Positions 54,100 to 64,000 of a stretch of DNA of 64,000 nt are shown here, piece by piece. Source of the stretch: Amoeboaphelidium protococcarum X5 (lineage: Eukaryota > Fungi > Aphelidiomycota); contig JALDTO010000164.1 of assembly GCA_023515725.1 (NCBI GenBank), forward strand, positions 62,001 to 126,000, read 5' to 3'. Every line of letters starts with the position of its first letter. Positions within the stretch are counted from its first letter, which is position 1. The position numbers were made by a program, and so were the translations under genes. Below the pieces are notes generated by a model. It was not told the DNA's origin, ran no database searches, and worked only from the letters and a program-made list of their open reading frames with translations.

Positions 54100-54990
54100 A
54101 TGACAATGGATGCTCAAATTGAGAGATTTTTTGCCTTATTAGACACTAAACCTATGAAGCTTGCTCGTGATTAAGCTTTGAATTAACTGGACTAATATTT
54201 TGTGCCGTTGCCATATCGCCGGTTTATGCTCAAGATCATTGAGTGTAGATAAAAGATCTCCCAACCTAGCAGTATCCTTTATCATACCAGAGCCGTTCTG
54301 TTATAACCAGGCCATATAACGAGGCATGACAGATAGATAATAAAATAGAATTTGATCGATATATTTTAAAGATGCTGCGGTAAAACTTAAAATGGAGTAA
54401 TTACGTGGACTTAGAGAGAAATTATGTATGCGTTTACGTGCCTTGGAGTATCAGATTTGATTGCCGATATCTTTCGCAAGATTCAAGTACACAGCTGGAG
54501 TGTTGCTCCATCTGCACATGGTAAGATCTTAGCATGTGGTGAAATGTAATAGAAAGAGTTTGAACACTTGTTCCAAAAGGCTTGGGACTGTGCTGATTTT
54601 AGTGCTGATCAAGTTTTAGGCATTATTGCTTTTGAACGCGCTTTTCAGCCCATCGTGAGACCTGACTGTCTCTGAGAAGTGTCCAATTTAATGCTCTTAT
54701 ATTCGGACTTTGTGAATTACGCGTTCGGAAAATTGAAGAGATTAAAGAATCTAGACTTATCTTTAACAGCGGTCCATAGTGTTCTTGAGTCGTATATTGG
54801 CTGGTTTAGTTTAAATTCTCAATTCTACTATTAATGGTCTCAACATATGTGCGCTGTCGCTGAGAGTATCAACCGCGTATGTATTATGGTGGCGTAATCT
54901 ATAAGAACTAGAAGATGTTAAATAGGAGCTTAATCACAATATTGGTATCAATCTTGTAGTTGCTTTAGTGAGAGACGCAGACATAGATGA
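54100..54990 (+). pseudogene. Hypothetical protein gene with an apparent internal TGA at 54673-54675 (or a 191-aa gene ending there)
   Basis: One frame is open and protein-like on both sides of a single TGA; family not recognised. Confidence 0.4.
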
Positions 54991-55172
54991 AGATGGTCCA
55001 GAACTTGCAAGCGACATTAATAGAATCGACCACCGTCTATGACTTTGATTAAGAATGGTAGGCTGAAATAAAGTCAATCTTATAAGAGTTACGTACTATA
55101 ATTATCATTTCATTGAGAAAGTTTAAATGCACATATACTATACTGTATTGAAATGCCATATGTCAATCGAAA

Positions 55173-58100
55173 TCAAATCGAATTCCTTCTAACTCTGGCC
55201 CTTGGTCTGTTGTGAGAGTCCTTCCATTGAGAGAATAGGCCTTTGCTCTCCCACTCTTTCAGAATGTCTTTGCCATACTTGTATCCAATTTCATAAATCT
55301 AATCAAACTTGTTAAATTCAAGAGTACCAAAATGACCAACGGGTGGACGCAGATAGATACAGTTGGGCATATTTTTGACATCTTCCAATTACTTAACACA
55401 AGAAACATAAGCAAGGCGCGATTGAATATCTGTCAGAGATGGAAAATTGGTCTTATTGAAAGGGTTCAGTCGACACAATAATGCATACCATCCCGATAGA
55501 GCATCGCCATAATTAGCCACCATCGCCTATTCATCTGAGCCAACATCCACAGCGATAACAGTATCTGCTCCATTTGCACGCAGAATGTCCCCAGGCAAAT
55601 TGTTCAAATAACCTCCATCCAGGAGCATGTTATTATTGTCACATAGTGGAGGTAAATACCCTGATAAAGACATTGATGCGCGAACAAATCGCCAAAAGAA
55701 TCCACTTGTATGAATCTCCAATTTACTGTGCGTAATATTCGTGGTGCAACAAAAGTAACTCAACCACGAATCTTCAATCTGTTAATCCCCAAAACACTTC
55801 CAAATGGCTCTATTGAATTCATTTCCAGAGAACCACGATGTCAAAGGATACGTAAGGTCTAGTATCTATCTCCACACTGAATTAACTCTACTACCGAAAT
55901 CTCCAGCTCTCCAGTACACATAATAGATATCCTCATTCAGACTGTACAAACCACCAATCAGTGCCCCAATGGAAACACCGCCAATCATATCAATCGGTAT
56001 ACCAGCTTCCTCGAACGCGTGAATGATACCAATATGAGCTATACCTCTAGAACCACCGCCACCAAGCGCGATTCCAATAGACTTACCCACAAGCCGTCGA
56101 GCAAGTCGAGCGAAATCATTACGTGGTCCACAAGACTTTGGAGCAAATGATCTTTAATACGAGTACTTGGTGTACAATGATGTGATCTTCTCAAACTGAT
56201 TCTTCAGATCCTCAATAATAGCATTCTTGATCTTGATAGATGACATTGCGCGATTGACCAACATTGGAATCTGGAGATGATGATGAGTGTGAAGCCATGG
56301 ACGTTTTCCCAGATACTTCTTAGTCAATCCGATAGGTATCTATCTATCCGGATGTAAAATGACCAACTCTTTACGAGCCGTGGTCTTCACACTGAGCAGC
56401 ATCTTTTCAAAATCCCCAATTTCAGGAGTTTAAAATCTAGTGGTTACCACCAGGATCACATCCGCCTGTCTAATACATCTCTGCGTCCAAGGAGAGTGAG
56501 GCCCAGTGTCCGCCACATACAACACCAGTCTAACTTTCTCTTCCTACTCTGTGAGCCAGGTCAGCAACTTCAACTTTCCTAATCTACTGAATGCGTGTCT
56601 TCCGAGAGCTGACGTTACGGTGGAGCTATCCAGAAAAGTGCAAGTCTCCCCTATACCAATAAGAGATTCTCGCAAACGCTCAGCAAAGTCAACGATCGGA
56701 ACATCAGCAAAAGTTGGAACTAGAGCCACTGTCTTGTAGTTGACATTTGCTGGAGCGAGACCGTCCAGGCTATTTTCCAATTTACTCTGCGCCAACCTGG
56801 ACTTGCTGGCTATCATTCGAGATATCTACAGCGTGATATTAGGATGTTTTATCGCCAGAGCATTGAACAGAGTATGCGGCATTCGAGCCAACTCGGTATC
56901 TCTGATTGCAGTCACTGTGTGCACCCGCGGGCTATTGGTAAGAACTTCTGTCTCTCCTACAGATTCTCCAAGAGAGAATTCATTGACATTCTAAGCCTGT
57001 CCATTCACCTCTCTTAATGCACGCAAACGTCCATTCAGAACAATGTAGATGCAGTCGCTCTTGGGATCATCTTGCTTGTACAGAACCTTGCCCGCATTGA
57101 CCTGAATCCATTCAAGAGCCAAATCTATGTGTCTAACAAGAGGTGTCAAGCTAGAGCACAAGCGCTTAGACAACATCATCATGATCTGAGGCGCGCGTTC
57201 AACAATCGATTCTAGAGATTCCTTGGGCAAGTAGGCAACATAACTCCCTGCCGCAGCGACTACATTAACCAGCGATGCATGACTTGTCAGAGAGGCGAGA
57301 TAACCAGCCATACCACCAGAATGAACGTAATACTTCTTTCCACTGATATTTGCAAATACTTTATCGCCCGAAAATCCATCTTGTTAATGCCCATATTGCT
57401 GACCTTTCGGAGTAAAAGCAAGCATACCGCTACCTCTCGCTGTATGATAAGATGCACTGCGACGCAAGAACTAGTTATGTTTATCCATTGAGATCTCGAG
57501 AAGGCCTTCAATAACAAAATACAATCCAACATTCACGTCGCCTTACTTTATAACAGTAGCTCCTTATTCAAAATAGAGAATCTAAAGATCATGAGAGTAT
57601 TCACTGATATTTGTGGACAGAGATACCAGAGATGATGCCGGAGAATGAATTTCATCTTGCGCCTTGACACTTTACACCAAATGGCTCAATTATGATGATA
57701 CCTGTGGAGACGATGGATTAAAATCTCTACTTGCAGATGCTTTATGATTTATCAAGCCATCCAACGGACGCCTGGGAACAGAGTTGGAGGCGGAAGAAAA
57801 ACTATCCCTCTTGGAACGGACGCCACCACTAGATAACGCATTACCACCAGATGATGCAGGCAACCAGCTCATGTTCAATCCCAGCATTACTCCCATTTGA
57901 TCGAAAATAACATCATTAAGCTCCTTCTCATTCAAAGATGGCCCCATTCCAATTTACAGGTCGTCCATTGAGCCAATATCCACGTCCGGCTTCAACAATT
58001 CATTGTTACCAAGCGCGTCATCAAGTTTATTCTATCTACCTAAATCTCCAACATGGACAGATTTACTTCTCCGGTGATTATTGGCACGAGATGGCGGGAC

Positions 58101-59480
58101 GGCTTTTAAAGCAAAGCTCTTAGGATTACCACCAGTGCTAGTCATGAAAGGACTGCGCTTCACGTCGTCAGAGCTGTGTACAGTATTGTATGAGGCGGTA
58201 TTAAAATAGTCATCTTCAGCCTCGGCTAATAGATGATCCTCATCATCACTGTAGCTAACATTACTTGTAGTATCATTATTATTACGACTCGCCGTCTCAT
58301 TATACTCAGCACCATCATGTTGAATCTCGTCGTCTTCTTCATCTGGGCCCGCATGAACATATCTCGCCATCTTCTATAATAGAAGTTTATTACTAGCCAC
58401 GCGAAGGAGTTACCACAGATCTTTCTATGCAGATTGATGAGGACTAGTAGATAAACTATTACCAAAATCATGAGCAAACGTTGCAGGACCACCATAAACA
58501 CTGCTCTCCATCTTTACCAACTCCATGCCAACCCCCAACCATCGTCCCAGCACTAGCATACTAACTCGCTAGAACCTGGTCAAAATAATCTAAATAATTT
58601 GACTTATCGCATTAGGATAGATGGTGGACACGCGAAGAAATGCTTCTGGCGGAATGACCAACAAAGTCGTGTCAGTCAGGGCACGCACAGCCAATGCACT
58701 TTCATTGTCAATCTGCTGCACATTCTTACGACTTTTAGTACCACTACTATCGACACCACCCGGAGTAGATGATGTATCACTTTGCGCGGATACAGAAGCA
58801 TTCTAAGGGTGTTCACTCAAAACATTGTTGGCATACACAGATAGAACATCAAACAGTGATGATATAGTACCTCCCGTAGTGACCTTATTTAATACCAAAT
58901 GCTCTAAATCTTCATTGCTATCATAGAGCGCACTATCTGAGGTCTAAGGACTAAGTATCAACTGGACGCAGCCATCCATCACCAGGTAAAGATTACCACT
59001 CTACTCCTACTACTCAATGTCACTACCACTGCCGATATTATTGAGACCGTCCTACTGATGATTAGCACTTTTCACAAAACCATATCCCTATAAGTACTCG
59101 CCCGCATACAACTTCTTTTACTAGGAGTTGCGAGCAAACTCAACCAGAACCGACCTGTCAAGATAATTAAAGATCTTGATCGAGGAGAGGAACGATGCAA
59201 ATATTTCCTCCGGCAAGAACCTTTTATGATTGAAAGCATCTGAACCAGCAGCAGAACTTTGTGAAATTGATGCTGAGCCAAGCTGATCTTCCTCTGCCGC
59301 CTTCTTCTGGGCTGCGGAGTCAGCTGACATTGAAGCAGATCCCGACCGCATATACCTCACCAGGACATAGTATCTCACAAAGTAGAACGCAGGCCACGCA
59401 ATGATGAGACAGAATATAAGAAGAGTGGTCACATTTATATTCAAAGTTATCGTATACCCAGAAAATAACGACCACCCCAT
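55173..59480 (-). CDS. NTE1: Lysophospholipase NTE1 (PNPLA6/swiss cheese family)
   Basis: N-terminal TM, cNMP-binding-like domains (YIVLNGRLR), patatin GGGGSRG / GVSIG / DGG motifs, [15 protein letters not shown] and C-terminal RRNSI. Confidence 0.95.
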
Positions 59481-59611
59481 GACTATATGATGATACTGAT
59501 ATCAGCTATTTGCTTATTTTCTGTGACAGGTGCACTCTAAAATGAAGAAAGATCGAAAGAGAAAAGGAAACGATCAAAAAGACGATTTCCTCGCCGCCGT
59601 CATCAATGTCA

Positions 59612-59658
59612 TCGCTCGCTCGCTCGTTCGTTCGTTCGTTCGTGTATTCATTCATTCG
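59612..59658. repeat. Compound tetranucleotide microsatellite (TCGC)n(TTCG)n(TTCA)n in the NTE1/NIC96 divergent intergenic region
   Basis: tcgctcgctcgctcgttcgttcgttcgttcgtgtattcattcattcg; a similar run in the opposite orientation lies at 24820-24843. Confidence 0.7.
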
Positions 59659-60198
59659 ATCCGTCGATCATTGTGATATTGATGAGACCGACCTTTGTTT
59701 TAAGCGACTGGAATGCATAAATACAGTAAAAGTGAAACAAATATCTTTTATATACGGTATTATCATGTGAGTGTTAAGTTTGTCAAATGTAACTGTGAGC
59801 ATTCTATTTGACAATGAATGTCATCGTCGAATATGTACTGTAGATGGATAGCAGGCAATTATTAATTGAATGTTTAATGGCCAGTCCATAATGCAGTTCT
59901 CATCTTACTATTTAGTATACGCTGCTCATTTATACCTTTTGAACATTTGGAAGTGTGTTCGAATCAAGTGTCATCATCTTTAGTAAAGACGCGTGTGACT
60001 TTTAAAACTTGAGAACAACGCGTGTGTATTCCTTCGTTCGCCTCTCTCTCACCGTCTTCTCTTCTCTCCCTTTACTGTACTGCACGTCTCTATAACTGTC
60101 GTAGTAATCCAATTACTATCAGGACTGAAGTTTAGGTTTATATAAAGCATTTGATATAGTATTATTTAATCTACGTCTTATTTTTTGTGAGTTATAGA

Positions 60199-63100
60199 AT
60201 GGAGCAGTTATAAGATTTGTTGGAACGATCCAAGACTTTGAGTGCACAGTAGTAGTAGAGTACAGAGTACCATGGTGTGACTTTGGATATCGTCAGGCCT
60301 TTGCCTCTGTTGTAAAAGTAGACGCAGTAGATGTTGAGGGATAAGTCTCACGCTGCTGTAGGAGCTAATGAAGAGCAGGCTGCATAAATTCTGTTTGCAT
60401 AGAAGGGAATTAATTTGAATAGAATCAAGCAATCTCTGTAGGCTGTGAGTAAATCTGCCTCTGCCGCCTTCCAGTCTGTGTAAATGCTGAGGGATACGGA
60501 TGTGGGAGGGTACGCGGCTCTTGAACATGAGCAATTGATTCTCAACTCTTTGAGTAGAGCGAGGAAGGATATTGAATAGATTGTTGCCAAGACTCTGAAA
60601 GCATCTAGGAAGAAGCAGTGGGATACAGAGAAGCAGTAGGTTTCCCAGTTGATGTCAGCGTCCAAGTTTGTATAGCCACCGCCTTCTTAGACACCATTTA
60701 AAGGCGCATAAGGTATGGCTGGGAAGAAGGCGTAGTAGTAGAGTTAAGCACCTCAGTCTATTGCTACCTATTCAGTGAATAAATCTGGTATTGTGAATCC
60801 TGATTTATTGACTCCAAGAACAGCCAAGGGATCTGGTGTTCCTGTGCAATCGACCGCTGGTATTGCTACTGATGACCCGGTGATGGCCAAGTTGTTGTCT
60901 TATGCTCAGACTCTCATTGCAGTGGAGGAGCAGCGTTTGATGAATCGACCGGTTCCGGTGTTTAAGTTGTTCAAGGACGCCTTGCTTAGATTGAATGGCC
61001 CGTTTGATGAAATTGTGCAATGCTGGGATCTGCTGCAGTATATTGTAGGTGAGAATGGAAGTGGCGGTGTTTTGGCGCGTGATATGCACAACGCTCCTCG
61101 TGAAAGACAGTTTGCCAGAGGATATGGTTAGCCGGGAAGTGCAATAGACGGCCAGATTGTTCAAGGAAGTCGTAAATGGTTGGAATCCTACTTTAGAGTC
61201 TATCTCGAACGTGCAGTAGTCAAGTGCTACTAGAATAAGGACTTGTTCGCCGTCGATGGTCTGGAGCAGGCGAGAATTGCAAGTCAAGTTGGTCGGATGT
61301 CAGTCTCCTAGAAGGTTACCATGTGGATTCAGGATGTTCTGATGCCTCGTTCTGATGTAAACTTGTGGGAAATTGTTGACAATCAAGCGATTTGGGTGGC
61401 CATCTTCTACCTATTGCGTGCTGGTGAGTACCGAGAGGCTTTGCAGTTCGCAGCCAGATTTGAGAATCACTTTATGAAGACTAGCAAAAAGTTCCTGGAT
61501 TATCTCGAGGCGTGGGTTTCCTCTCCGGGACATGTGCTTCCTGCAAAGTTGAGATCCGAGCTGATGGTGGAGTATAATTCCAATCTACGGGATAGTGCGA
61601 TGAGAAATTTATCCGCGTCTTTCCATATGCCTTAGATGCAAAGTCGCTTCTTCAATGAGGGTGTCGATCCATACAAGTATCTGGTTTATCGTGTGTTGGG
61701 ACAGATTGTTGATTTCGATGTGATGATACCTCCGCACGTTGTATAAGGTCTTGCTGGTGGAGTAATTGGATGGGAAGATGAGCTGTGGATTTAGTTGATG
61801 TTGGTATCGTCTGCGGATGGGGCTCAATTCGCTCAAGATGCGCAATCCCCTTTCTAAAGTGGCTCTTAGAAAGGCACTCCGGAAGTTTATTCACTTGATG
61901 ATCTTTATCAAAAGTACGTGGCCAAAATCAGTGTTGAGCAGTGGACTGAGAATTCTTCACATGTTTATCGTTATTTCATGGTCCTGATTGCTTGTGGTCA
62001 GTTTGAGAGAGCCGTAATGTTCTTATTTAATCTTTAAGATGCTAGTGTAACACCGTCATCATAGATTGATGCTGTCCATTTTGCGATTTCTCTCTTGTAT
62101 TATGGCTTATTGTCTACTCGCACGTCGTTTGATGAAGATTCTGCTTTGACTCTGAATAGTGATGAGAATCAACGTTCCAAGGTGGATTTGCTTTCCATGG
62201 TGAATCAGTTTATATATGGAATTCTGAATCCATCTCTATATGCTCAAGAAGCTGTGCATTATGTCATTATTCTGTTTGTATTGCTGGATGGTTATACTGG
62301 ATCGGTCTCGGTTGAATCGAACAATTCTAATGAGCAACACATCAATCGTTTGCGTTAGATGCTTACTGGCTAGTTGATTGATTTGGTTATAAATTCTGGA
62401 AAGATTGAAGAATTATTTGGCACTTTTGCGTTGGATTAATAATTGCAACGAGCTGTGAGAAATGCTGGCTATCTGGACAGATACGCACCATTGATTGGAA
62501 TGAGTAAAGATGATGTTAAATCGTGTCTTATCAAGCCATCTGCCAGAAAATGTGTTTAATCTGACGTTCCTCTCGAAGTTGCAATTGCCTTGTTCAATCT
62601 AGCAGAAGATTTCGATGCTGTGCTCAACTTGCTTTCTAAGCGTCTCAGCGGTGAATTGAAATAGTGCAATGTAGATGCTGTAGTTCAATTTTCCGTTGGA
62701 TAGGCATCTGGTGCTGTGAAGACTTCTAATGTTGTCGGTAGAATCGATGCTCTTGTAGACGCGTATTAGATGACTAGCTCTGTTGTGGAATTTTATCAGT
62801 AAGAATGGATAGCGGTGAAGATCAAGTAGCAGAGTAAGGAGACCGTGCAGTTGTTGATGCTGATTAGTCAGTTGTGTATGACTGTGTAATCATTGGTGGA
62901 AGATTTCGACCTGTCAATGTGTGCCGAGTTGGTAAGATTGATTAATTCGCTGCCACTGGTGCCGATGTCTGATGATATGAACAGAGCAGGTGGTGATGGC
63001 AGTGGTGAGACTAGTTACGTGGCTATATAGTCATAAGCTGAATAGATCAGAAGAGACTTTTCAGATGTTGTGCTGGTACATTTGCCACTGGTATTTTGTA

Positions 63101-63282
63101 TAGTGGAAGCTGTGTATCTAATCATCTTCCAAGCTTAGCGCCGCCAATAATTGTCTCTTGGTATCAATGTGGGGAAACGCTCTCGTGAGCTCATGTCTTT
63201 TGTGGCACTGGTTGGCAGATGGTTTAAGATTGATTCTTCACTGAGAGCTTAACTCATGAACATGGAGGAAATGATAAATTGA
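60199..63282 (+). CDS. NIC96: Nucleoporin Nic96/Nup93
   Basis: MEQLQDLLERSKTL, DTDVGGY, GSRKWLESYF, IWVAIFYLLRAG, DPYKYLVYRVLG, EDELWIQL, GQFERAVMFL and DAVHFAISLLYYGLL motifs. Confidence 0.93.
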
Positions 63283-63489
63283 GATAATAAACTGGAGCGA
63301 ATTGTCCTCAAAGAACATTTACTATTGCATATCAGTTTTTTTCATACTCAAGAGCATTGTATCGCAGTGCTTCCTGATTGTAATAGTGCAGTTTTTAAAA
63401 AGAAATAAAGAGATATTAACTATTCCCATTACAATATCATATCATATTTTCAATCATTTTCAATATCAACCCATAAAGCAGCCAATTAC

Positions 63490-64000
63490 TCACTTGTCCA
63501 AGCTCTGAGCAAATACTTCGTTTTCACCGCCTTCCAACACACGAGAAATAGGCAGATAAGCAGGACGGTTATACTTGACCAGATAGTCTTGAGCGTACTA
63601 CAAACCATTGCGCTTCTCCTGAGCGGATGCACTTTTGCCAATCCAAACAAAAACTTCATGGCCACTATCATACACGTTGACATTAGTAGAATCAAACTGT
63701 GCCAGCTTAATCTGACCAGATGCAACTTGCTTGAACTCCAACTTTCCGGATGCATCGCTTAAAACAAACAGAACTTTGGCGAATGCCTTTGGTTCTTCAG
63801 TTACATCTGCAGCGGATTTAATAGCCTTCTGACCACCAACGGCATCCCAGAATGGCTTAGCATCAGCATCACCCTCATTAAAGGCCTACAACTTGGCTCT
63901 TCCATCACGCTGATCAACCAAAGCACGGGCGAATTCACCAGCCTTGACCTTCTCAGTCACCTACGCCTCCTTGCCGTTGAATTGGTAAATCTACAATCCC
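63490..64000 (-). CDS. Gelsolin/severin/fragmin-family actin-binding protein, C-terminal part (5' end outside window)
   Basis: IYQFNGKEA...PFWDAVGG...LFVLSDASGKLEF...YDSGHEVFVWIGKSAS..EK...RVLEGGENEVF; TGA at 63490-63492. Confidence 0.92.

Overview
Gene-dense, intron-poor eukaryotic DNA with fungus-like proteins. It uses a non-standard nuclear code: TAA and TAG encode Gln and TGA is the only stop, which is why the supplied standard-code ORF track is fragmented. Fungal-type proteins plus TAR=Gln point to an aphelid, most likely Amoeboaphelidium protococcarum (inference). Retranslated by hand, the window holds about 22 host genes: coronin, a SPOUT1-type methyltransferase, IVD, U1-C, Heh1/Src1, an RA-PH AGC kinase, OSCA/TMEM63, DUF3844, TAF2, RPS6, a CBM18 protein, TRAPPC11, a secreted ABC1 kinase, PRP22, RPL29, a LAMMER kinase, NTE1, NIC96, a gelsolin/severin and several unknowns. 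Two complete and apparently recent transposons each sit inside a conserved gene. (1) An 8,562-bp Kyakuja-Dileera-Zisupton (KDZ) DNA transposon (2650-11211; 8-bp TSD, imperfect TIRs) splits SPOUT1; it encodes a transposase-Ulp1 fusion and intron-rich cargo genes. (2) A 5,345-bp Ty1/copia LTR retrotransposon (42150-47494; identical 120-bp LTRs, 5-bp TSD) splits PRP22. The copia element is the most unusual object here. It has no tRNA-type PBS; instead the 11 nt after the 5' LTR are perfectly complementary to a site inside its own LTR, as in Tf1-type self-priming. Its gag-pol frame is broken by one TGA in the leaky UGA-CUAG context. All translations and alignments were done by eye and no database searches were run.
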